The position numbers were made by a program, and so were the translations under genes. From positions 1 through 12,224 of the forward strand of contig CAVPXM010000085.1 of NCBI GenBank assembly GCA_963709405.1: 12,224 nt of DNA, given 5' to 3'. The notes under the pieces are model-generated. The model was not told the origin of the DNA. It worked only from the letters and a program-made list of their open reading frames with translations, and did no database searches. The stretch is from an uncultured Nitrososphaerales archaeon. Its GTDB lineage: Archaea; Thermoproteota; Nitrososphaeria; Nitrososphaerales; Nitrososphaeraceae. Below, in pieces: positions 1 to 7,383 of the stretch (within the stretch, counting starts at the first letter, position 1; each line of letters starts with the position of its first letter).

Positions 1-2
1 AG

Positions 3-56
3 TACTGGAACCTTTATATGCAAGATGGGAGTGGTAATTTGTATGCATTCCAATAA
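3..56 (+). CDS. possible 3' end of a gene entering from the left edge (beta-propeller-like C-terminus)
   Basis: Frame 3 reads YWNLYMQDGSGNLYAFQ*. 'DGSGNLYAF' resembles the last blade of PQQ-like beta-propellers, but only 17 codons are visible. Confidence 0.25.
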   Translation, partial: YWNLYMQDGSGNLYAFQ

Positions 57-436
57 GGAAAAACTAACCAGCCTGTATAGTTATCTGCAAGACGACATCA
101 TCACCTTGAAGTCCAGTCTGGCGCCAGTAAACAAAACAACCCGCAGGATGAGGCCAGCTAATTATAACGCAATATATAGACCTTTCAGAGACACTAGTTA
201 AATCATAGTTGCCCTCGATGCCCCTTATCATTGCTTGGGCATTTCTTACATGCCCAAGGTTCTCATCATTTTTGCCCTAGTAATCACAACTTTCGGTTTT
301 AGAAGGTCATAAAACTATATAACTTGACAACGAGGTTGCGCTAATTCTATAAATAAATAAAGATATGTATCAAATTATTAACTTGGGTCATTCATCGTAT
401 TCAAGCTATCTACCATGTAGATTATATACTAAACAT

Positions 437-443
437 AAAAAAA
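437..443 (-). terminator. oligo-T (T7) archaeal-type terminator candidate
   Basis: A7 run on + strand (T7 on minus) about 16 nt downstream of the SnoaL-like gene stop. Confidence 0.4.
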
Positions 444-458
444 GATGTAATGCGGATT

Positions 459-893
459 TTATTTCTTAGACTGCTCTGGTTGTACCATCTTAACAATACC
501 AAGCCCTAACGTCGGTGCAAGCGCATCAAATATAGTCCACGCTTCCTTGATTTTGTTATTTTCAAAATGAAAAATATCGACGCCGTGAGCTTCTAACTTC
601 TTATGACTGGCCGGTAAGCCAGCAAAGTCCCCTTCGTGAGTGGCTTTCAAGGTCCACCTAACAGCAACATTGCTTCCTTCTGCTATGTCTTCTACTATTG
701 TGACCTGCATATCAGGAAATGACTTGCGCTCTTCGATTATCCACTTTTTAAAATCTTCCAGACCTCTAACGTCTTCTAACCCATGATAGACTACATCAGA
801 AGTAACAAAGTTTTTTGCCTCGTCTACTTTTCCTTCAGTAAATAGTTCTTGAATAAATCTATGAGCAATCGCCTTGTTTTGTTCATTCGCCAT
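459..893 (-). CDS. SnoaL-like ester cyclase / NTF2-fold protein (144 aa)
   Basis: Motifs NKAIAHRF, FPDMQVTIVEDIAEGSNVAVRWTLKATHEGDFAGLPASHK and GVDIFHFENNKIKEAW are typical of the SnoaL family. ATG at 893 preferred over 920 because a TATA box lies 26-31 nt upstream of it. Confidence 0.92.
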   Translation of the reverse strand: MANEQNKAIAHRFIQELFTEGKVDEAKNFVTSDVVYHGLEDVRGLEDFKKWIIEERKSFPDMQVTIVEDIAEGSNVAVRWTLKATHEGDFAGLPASHKKLEAHGVDIFHFENNKIKEAWTIFDALAPTLGLGIVKMVQPEQSKK

Positions 894-918
894 GTAGTCT
901 ATACGATTGTAGGTTAGC

Positions 919-930
919 ATTAAAGTTTGC
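919..930 (-). promoter_or_regulatory. archaeal TATA box (TTTAAT) with purine-rich BRE-like element; probable leaderless promoter
   Basis: Minus strand gcaaac-TTTAAT, TATA element 26-31 nt upstream of ATG at 893. Confidence 0.55.
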
Positions 931-1888
931 TATTCATTTATTGAAATATCCAACTCAACTTAAACAAATTTTTTCAAAAAATCTATCACTTATTGATAGT
1001 ACAAAAGACTAACCGACTTACACTTATACTTGGTATGACCTGACTTCAAAATCTTTAGAATGGGCCTTAAGTTCAGAATTATAAGTTAATATTTCTCTTT
1101 TATCTGTCATAATAATAACCGGTGTGTAATGTCTATTGTCGATCATTTAAACAATTATTTTATAAATGTTAATTTTTCCTTGTTAGAAATCGTATTGGGT
1201 CTATTTTTATATCCCACAGGACTAATGCTGATTTCCTCATACAGCAACCGCAAGTCTCATAGATTGTCTAATTAGGTATCGCACGGGCTTAAACCTGTCG
1301 CTTAATAATATTCCAATACCTGCCTCTTAATCTAATCTTGATCCAGTCATGAGGACTGGTTGGCCAATCGTAGATGAAACGTCATCACCTACATTTGTGA
1401 TAATGGTGACGTCCTGCAGGCTGATGTTATAATAAATTGAATTATCTAACATTGGATAAGCCTCTCAAAAATTTCATGATTCGGGGTCGATATTTCAGAA
1501 AGCCTATCAAGAAATCTGTCCTCTAATTTCTCCATCCGGATATTGTGTTGTTTGAACATTTAGATATGCGTAATGATGGCGAAATATTATTCTAATATAA
1601 TAAAAGAAGGATCACTTTGTGATCTCAAGTATGATAGAGATCCAAGAATACCATTATGAAATTCATTATATATAGATGGAAGGAGGCCTACTCCAGCCCG
1701 ATCAATTGTCAATTACGAGGATTCTTGAATTAGATCCTGATGTATATTCTAAAACGGTAACAGAATATTTTCAAATACTTGAGATTAATTTACTCTTCAT
1801 CCTTTGAAATTCTTCTTCTGTTATTAGACCTTGCTCCCTGAGACTACCTAATTTTTCGAGTTTATGAAGAGCATCATCCTTGTTCTCG

Positions 1889-2113
1889 TTAGGCCCACTC
1901 GTCTGTGCCTGCACCGCTTGCAACTGGGCTGGTGTGTGCCGCCCGTTCGGCTTCCTCTGCCTGTGCCTGTGCTTGCTGTAACTGTTCCTGTTGTTCTTGT
2001 TCTCTGGCCATTGATTTATAGTGATCCTTAGTCGCGTAGTGGGCCATCACACCACCTGCTATCAGTCCGCCTGCTATCATCATGCCAAACACCATATAAT
2101 CTTGCTCAGCCAA
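1889..2113 (-). CDS. small membrane-anchored protein with Q/A/E-rich coiled-coil tail (74 aa)
   Basis: Hydrophobic Gly-rich N-terminal helix (VFGMMIAGGLIAGGVMAHYA) followed by REQEQQEQLQQAQAQAEEAERAA. More GC-rich than its flanks; TTG start preceded by AGGAG. Confidence 0.7.
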   Translation of the reverse strand: MAEQDYMVFGMMIAGGLIAGGVMAHYATKDHYKSMAREQEQQEQLQQAQAQAEEAERAAHTSPVASGAGTDEWA

Positions 2114-2951
2114 AGCTCCTTTTTAATATTACGGAAATCGTCAATAAATAAACAACCATATTCTGGTATTGTAAACCAGCTGATGCCCCGGTTGCACAAC
2201 GTTCCAAGTGCGTTACGCCCATTTAATCAGCTGTTTTCACATAGTAACCGAATTAATTTAATATTGTCATCCCAGCTTTCAAAAATCCGTTATATGCACT
2301 AATCCAGATATGGGCTCGCCAAAATCTTTACCCTATAATGAACGTGTCATAATTGTCAGAGTTGGGAGAATCAGAATTAGAATAGAATACGCTATTCTCG
2401 TTATCATAAACTATAACTGATTTGTCTAAATGTTCGTGATCTTCCGATTCACTGTGAATCTGAGCGATGTCTGGTGCCCCTCATCATGTTCTGGTACCAT
2501 GACCTGACCTTCTATTGATTGGACTGAGTCATGTTCTATTTCCTGTAGGGACGGCTCTGCCATAACACGACCGTTAGGCTTTTTTTAGGGTCGGTTTCTT
2601 TGACGCTATCACTAGTACCTTACTTGCCGAAAGGATCTACTTCCAAATGGGAGAATACCTTACATGCCTCATATGGCCGCATATCTGTCACTTGTTTCAT
2701 TTCTGACATAGCAAATTCATTTTCAATAATAGTGCAGTCTCATCTTGAGTAATACCTTCCTCATGCTTTTTTGTGCACCGTCTCATTACGCTTCACGGCT
2801 CGCGCGCGGAAACCTTGTAGGTTGTATGGCAAATAATTCTAAATCAGATGGGCCATATGAAAAAATATCTTGTTGATTATTTTGATGTTTTTGTTACCAT
2901 TACTAACCTCGGCGGTACCAATATGAATCGATATTTGTCTATTGGCCAAAG

Positions 2952-3263
2952 GCAGCGCTAGCCGAGAATTATACTAATGCTACGCCAGACGTTAATTACT
3001 TGAAAAATACATTGGTGAAAATAGCCGATTCCTATAATGGAATCACAGGCAACACAACTTTAAACCAGTTCGGAGATAGGAAGTATGAAGATTATGATTT
3101 TTGGAGTGTACAAGAGAGCGAGAGTACTCATGATTCCTTTATTTGGAAGAATATTGGCAAATACGTACCTAATAATTATAAGAACTCAATAAGCGTTTGT
3201 CAACAGGATCATGCTAATAAGCATAGGGGAAGACGTTGTGTCTGTTGTGTCTGTGGAGCGTAA
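2952..3263 (+). pseudogene. C-terminal fragment of an ABC-type (branched-chain amino acid class) substrate-binding protein
   Basis: In-frame AALAENYTNATPDVNYLKNTLVKIADSYNGITGNTTLNQFGDRKYEDYDFWSV matches the 'F/YxGxTGxxxxxxxGDR' C-terminal signature of type I periplasmic binding proteins. In-frame stop at 2904-2906, so the N-terminal bulk is missing. Confidence 0.7.
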
Positions 3264-3481
3264 CTGATCCCGCTGCGCAAGTCCATAAATGAATCCGGCG
3301 GTTACTTACCACGTTTCTTATCTCTATAGGTAATAGGTTGCTTTGATAAGGATAGGCATTATTATTTGTAAGTGGATTACTTCATCTTAGAAATTAGGAC
3401 CGTAGAGCCAACCATTACACCAAACCTATGCCTTCACAATATGTAATCGAAAAAGATAAAGGTGAATTAATTGAAATACTA

Positions 3482-3691
3482 TTAACAAGAAATGGCTTTT
3501 GTAAGCATTTTTTGTAAGGATGTTCGTTTGTGTCCAATAATGGGCCTATCAGAATCGAACAATGGATTCCACCCCTTGTCTTTATAGAATGATCCTATCT
3601 CTTTGGAGTAGGATGAAGAATTGAAGTTATCATTGTTATTGTTGTTAGCAGAAACATAATGATAGCCGCCCAAGCGTTTTGTATTTTTCAA
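3482..3691 (-). CDS. hypothetical protein (69 aa) with Asn/Ser low-complexity tract; may be non-coding
   Basis: ORF track only; NNNNNDNFNSSS tract; no recognisable domain. Confidence 0.3.
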   Translation of the reverse strand: MKNTKRLGGYHYVSANNNNNDNFNSSSYSKEIGSFYKDKGWNPLFDSDRPIIGHKRTSLQKMLTKAISC

Positions 3692-3703
3692 TAGTCATCT
3701 GTC

Positions 3704-3720
3704 ATTATTATTATTATTAT
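3704..3720. repeat. (ATT)n trinucleotide microsatellite
   Basis: attattattattattat seen directly. Confidence 0.7.
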
Positions 3721-4034
3721 GCCATGTATTCTTATCAAGTTACCTGCCGAATTTTTACTCTTCATGAAAGAACGTGGTACTAGCATCAGAGTCGAAAATT
3801 ATTTACTTAAATATGATTGATCTCAGACATTAGTAATAGGATACAAAAGTGAAGTATCAATACGGCAAAAGGAACAAAAATGGGGTTCTTCTCAGCCGAA
3901 ATATTATAAACTGAAATCCACACTCATAATGGTGTATCTCTATAAATTGAAATAATCTGATAATGCATGATGTAATACGAGTAGTTATCCTTCCATTTAG
4001 AGGAGCGACCAATGTAGCAACGGTCCCACTTCAG

Positions 4035-4141
4035 TCACAGATAGTTATTCCCTCTCCTTTCTATTTCTTGGTATAAGTCAAAGCCACTTATTTTTCGCAT
4101 TTTAGCGTCAAGAAGTATTAAATCATAAAACCACTCTTGAA
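4035..4141 (-). pseudogene. response-regulator receiver (REC) domain remnant
   Basis: Minus strand reads FKSG(F)/YDLILLDAKMRKISGFDLYQEIERRGNNYL* with a 1-nt frameshift in a T-run near 4127-4130. Matches the REC core 'YDLILLDxxMPxxxGFxL'. Not in the ORF track. Confidence 0.75.
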
Positions 4142-4475
4142 GATAATGGTAATTTATAGTTCACCTGTCGCATTTGAAGTATTAGAAGCCACGCTATCTT
4201 TACCTAATCTTTTTCTGTATGACAAAAGCATATTCCATTTTTCTCTGAACTTGTCTGGTGTGATATTATATATATATAACAAAAAGGTTGAAGCCCTTAC
4301 GAATATGGCCGTTAGTGAAGCGAGCCACATATAACAATAATCAGCCATCTCTAACACCTAATGAAAAGCAAAGTATCAAACGGTTATTGCTATTAGGATT
4401 CACAGAATCTAAATAATAATAACAAATAACAAAATGCGTGCATTATCTTAGGATATAATGCCTAAACATTTGAAT

Positions 4476-4862
4476 GGCTCTGTAGAAACCATGTATTGAA
4501 CACCGTTAGAGAGTTCTTTGTAGGAGCGTGATCAAATATCGAATGTTGAAAGAATTAAGATATGTCAGGCTAGCAAATACTATGTATAGTGTTCTAAGAA
4601 ATTCAAGGATACCACTGTTTCTTCACAGAAAGAGCCACCATGCCTTTACGATGTGGCAGCATCTGATATTGCTCACAAGAGTTATAGGATGTTTGTCGAG
4701 TGGTTAATCGAAGCATATTATCTGAGGCTATTTTTAGGATTATCACATATTCCACATTTTACAACATTGCAAAAGTTTACAGACAGAATCAACAATTCAT
4801 TGCTTGAAAAGATAATTTCGTCCTTCATTGTGATTAGAGGTACCAAGCATATCTTTGCAGGA
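4476..4862 (+). mobile_element. truncated IS5-family insertion sequence (left end plus frameshifted transposase N-terminus)
   Basis: Putative left terminal repeat GGCTCTGTAGAAA at 4476-4488. Transposase reads LANTMYSVLRNSRIPLFLHRKSHHAFTMWQHLILL, frameshift near 4675, then KSYRMFVEWLIEAYYLRLFLGLSHIPHFTTLQKFTDRI...IFAG. It stops just before the expected first catalytic Asp; no right terminal repeat found in the window. Confidence 0.8.
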
Positions 4863-4907
4863 ACCTTATTTCAATGTACTGACAAACCTATCAGATGTGT
4901 ACTGTGA

Positions 4908-5069
4908 ACCACCATCAAGGAGTTCTTTGAATCAATTTCATCGAAAGGATCAGATTCCACAGAATATGACTGTGGGCCAGTCAGATACTATTGCATTAAA
5001 TGCGGCAACGAGCACCGGGAAATCGCATGTCCTAAATGCGGTTCAAAGACAAAGAAAGTAGGATACTAA
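4908..5069 (+). pseudogene. start-less C-terminal zinc-ribbon fragment (CxxC-x8-CxxC)
   Basis: Reads TTIKEFFESISSKGSDSTEYDCGPVRYYCIKCGNEHREIACPKCGSKTKKVGY*. No in-frame ATG/GTG/TTG after the TGA at 4905-4907. Not in the ORF track. Confidence 0.7.
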
Positions 5070-5266
5070 TTAATCAGTATCAGACGTGGATTTTGTGTAA
5101 GTGAATTACCACTCCTACTCCCCCTAGAAGTGTTAATTGTGATTTTTGATAGGATTATTCCTTCAGTAAATACGACGACGCAAATAGCCAAAAATAATGA
5201 TTATACATTTTAACAGGTAGTAAACTTGACTTAGCCTAGTCTTGATAAAAGCCAGAGTCTGATAGA

Positions 5267-5274
5267 TTTAATTA
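5267..5274 (+). promoter_or_regulatory. archaeal TATA box candidate (TTTAATTA)
   Basis: Located 24-31 nt upstream of the TTG at 5298. Confidence 0.45.
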
Positions 5275-5297
5275 TCGCTCGTCCAAAAAGTCCTTGA

Positions 5298-5783
5298 TTG
5301 CTGCCTATTCATTTGAAGATTACTTTGCTGTTGCTTTTACTTACTCCGTTCGATTTGAGTTGTGCCGTTTGTGCCCAGCAAGCAGTTTTTGGTCAAGTTT
5401 CATTTGAGAACACGAGTGGAGAGACAGGAAATCGCCTTGATACCATAATTAAGCTGTTGGAACAATCAAGACGAGGAAGTATCATCCAGCTAAACCTGAC
5501 CATTATTGTCTTCATGATGGGATTGGCTTTTGTAATCTTTGGTCTGTACATTGGACAGGAACACAAACTTTCTGTCTTTACGAAGAGACTCTACTTGATT
5601 GCTTATTTTGCGCTTATTGTTCCTATCACGGTTATACTCCTACGATATATAGCTAGTGCTCTGTTATCTGGCACATTAAGCGATCCAGTTCTGAATGTTG
5701 CGTTCTTACTTCTTATTCCTGTTACGGCCTCGTATGTCCTAATGGTAGTCAAAAGCAGGCATGACGTTGTCGGGCGTACTTAA
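5298..5783 (+). CDS. hypothetical membrane protein (signal-like N-terminus plus about 3 TM helices, 161 aa)
   Basis: Hydrophobic N-terminus, short polar linker, then three hydrophobic segments (LTIIVFMMGLAFVIFGLYIG; LYLIAYFALIVPITVILLRYIA; VLNVAFLLLIPVTASYVLMVV). Confidence 0.8.
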   Translation: MLPIHLKITLLLLLLTPFDLSCAVCAQQAVFGQVSFENTSGETGNRLDTIIKLLEQSRRGSIIQLNLTIIVFMMGLAFVIFGLYIGQEHKLSVFTKRLYLIAYFALIVPITVILLRYIASALLSGTLSDPVLNVAFLLLIPVTASYVLMVVKSRHDVVGRT

Positions 5784-5824
5784 GCCACTGCCTAATAATC
5801 ATAGCAGTCCAGTCATCTTGATAG

Positions 5825-5831
5825 TTTTTTT
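5825..5831 (+). terminator. oligo-T (T7) terminator candidate
   Basis: T7 run about 42 nt after the stop at 5783. Confidence 0.35.
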
Positions 5832-6305
5832 ATTTGGATATAAACTTTCGTAGGTAAGAATAAGCTTCTGGTGTGATTTCGCCTTTTGCGAGGCGCATCT
5901 TAAGCAGTTAAAAACATTTTCATGACCGGGCTCTGAAGCGTAGATAGATTGATTTCAGTATATTAGTGCCATCCTCCTAATCTGGTTGAGACAGATGAAT
6001 CATCATTGTCACAGCGGCAGAATATATTATTAAATGAAAACGCACTTGGTCCTTATTATAAGTCTAAATATAATCATATCATATCCAGCATTTCGATCAG
6101 GAGTTATAGAGCTTGTATTTAAGCGCTGGGGAGATCAACAACGTACGACCTATTATAGAAATAAAGATTCTTGTCAGTATCATCACCTAAAAAGAAATAA
6201 CATGGGGTAAAGAGGAATAAAATGAATGCTAGTTATCACGTAAGTAGAAGTGTTATGCTAAATAAAAATATGATTGAGCGTCCCCATTCTTGTTGGTCAA
6301 GTTGC

Positions 6306-6668
6306 CTACGGCAAGGGGCCTGAACCTGAGAATTGACCAAGAGACGGAATCATTTCGCCGAGCCCACTAGGTATGGCCTCTGTCACTTGTGAAGGCATAG
6401 TGGATATCTCCTCACCTTTATGTTCTCCACCACCACTACTTCCGCTCCCTATATCATGTTCTCCACCACCACTACTTCCGCTGCCTATATCATGTTCTAT
6501 ATCTTGGGAAACCATTGTGCCAGGTTCAGCACATCTGTCTTCATTTGCAGGAACACAGGGATGTGGACATTCTGCTACAGTCCACCTTTAGGCAGTAGGT
6601 GAACCATCTGGACATGTATCAGGACTAGGTGGATATGCAATCACCTGCAATTAGGACCTTTGGTCGCA
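6306..6668 (-). pseudogene. in-frame C-terminal continuation of the 6669-7367 gene (degenerate repeats, then a Gly/Ser/His/acidic tail)
   Basis: Same frame as 6669..7367. Reads CDQRS*LQVIAYPPSPDTCPDGSPTA*RWTVAECPHPCVPANEDRCAEPGT then the 69-aa ORF MVSQDIEHDIGSGSSGGGEHD...GPLP*. Confidence 0.7.
6420..6498. repeat. 36-bp tandem repeat, about 2.2 copies, encoding EHDIGSGSSGGG on the minus strand
   Basis: atgttctccaccaccactacttccgct(c/g)cctatatc at 6420 and 6456, partial third copy at 6492. Confidence 0.9.
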
Positions 6669-6910
6669 CTAGTAGTGAGAACCATCTGGACTGTATGCAG
6701 GACCAGGTGGATGTGGACATTCTGCTACTCCACCTTTAGGCATAGGTGAACCATCTGGACATGTATCAGGACTAGGTGGATGTGGACATTCTGCTACTCC
6801 ACCTTTAGGCATAGGTGAACCATCTGGACATGTATCAGGACTAGGTGGATGTGGACATTCTGCTACTCCACCTTTAGGCATAGGTGAACCATCTGGACAT
6901 GTATCAGGAC
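6559..6910. repeat. 69-bp coding tandem repeat array (3 perfect plus 2 indel-damaged copies) encoding DTCPDGSPMPKGGVAECPHPPSP
   Basis: Perfect units start at 6706, 6775 and 6844 (last one 67 bp). A 78-bp scrambled copy lies at 6628-6705 and a copy with +2 and +1 nt insertions at about 6559-6627. Confidence 0.93.
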
Positions 6911-7367
6911 AGTTTCCATTCGCATCTTGTGGCTGATCGTTTGGACATGGTGGTGGATTATTGGGGGGAGCAGTAGGTATAGAACCAGAATACTGACTAG
7001 TATTAGAATTAGGACTATTACAAATTATGCTATATTCTACATTGACAATCTGTATTGCACTTCTTGGTTCATTTGGAACTTCCAGAAATGTTAGTACCTC
7101 TTGTTTTATATCAGCGACTTTATGAGGATCGTCTAATGCTTTTATATCAAGTTCAGTATTTGCTGGGAGGTTAACCTTGCTTGCTAGATCAGGTGTTCGT
7201 ATGAAAAAGACAATCTTATCCCAGTGCTGGACATCTTTTGTTGGACAAACGACATTCTGTGATTGAGCGAATGCGCTTGAAGTTAATTTAGTTTGTTGAA
7301 CAGCAGCCAGAGTTCCGAAAATTAGGCCCATCATTATGAATATGGATAAAAGTTTAAGATGGGTCAA
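6669..7367 (-). CDS. secreted hypothetical protein: Cys-flanked 'QHWDKIVF' domain plus Pro/Cys-rich CPDGS repeats (232 aa as sequenced, probably about 350 aa originally)
   Basis: Signal peptide ending SSAFAQ; domain CPTKDVQHWDKIVFFI...VEYSIIC; Pro-rich linker; three 23-aa repeats. The stop falls inside a scrambled repeat copy. Confidence 0.85.
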   Translation of the reverse strand: MTHLKLLSIFIMMGLIFGTLAAVQQTKLTSSAFAQSQNVVCPTKDVQHWDKIVFFIRTPDLASKVNLPANTELDIKALDDPHKVADIKQEVLTFLEVPNEPRSAIQIVNVEYSIICNSPNSNTSQYSGSIPTAPPNNPPPCPNDQPQDANGNCPDTCPDGSPMPKGGVAECPHPPSPDTCPDGSPMPKGGVAECPHPPSPDTCPDGSPMPKGGVAECPHPPGPAYSPDGSHY

Positions 7368-7383
7368 CTAGCCCAGACCTTTC

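Noticed and set aside
1343-1624. Short hairpins (ccagtc-N5-gactgg at 1343-1359; gatcac-ttt-gtgatc at 1610-1624) and a 37-aa ORF at 1446..1559 (-)
   Set aside because: 6-bp stems and a tiny ORF are expected by chance in 12 kb; no supporting context.
2021-2302. 93-aa + strand ORF
   Set aside because: Overlaps antisense to the more convincing 1889..2113 gene; no protein-like features.
2426-2709. Short minus-strand ORFs (2620..2709, 29 aa; 2426..2563, 45 aa) that could join through a stop and an A7 frameshift
   Set aside because: Possibly a decayed gene, but no recognisable motif supports it.
4137-4357. Overlapping opposite-strand ORFs of 65 and 67 aa
   Set aside because: No recognisable motifs; probably chance ORFs in decayed sequence between the REC remnant and the IS5 end.
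4905-4907. TGA as selenocysteine or programmed read-through joining transposase and Zn ribbon
   Set aside because: The TGA is not at a conserved Cys-like position, no SECIS-like element was recognised and the upstream gene is already frameshifted.
4855-5061. 68-aa ORF containing a Walker A-like string (AATSTGKS)
   Set aside because: Alternative frame of the zinc-ribbon fragment; too short for an NTPase fold, and the Zn-ribbon frame explains the sequence better.
6373-6602. Two + strand ORFs (72 and 60 aa)
   Set aside because: Antisense shadows of the minus-strand repeat-coding region.
6559-6910. 69-bp repeats as a CRISPR array
   Set aside because: Units are directly adjacent with no unique spacers, are a multiple of 3 and encode a peptide repeat; no cas genes in the window.
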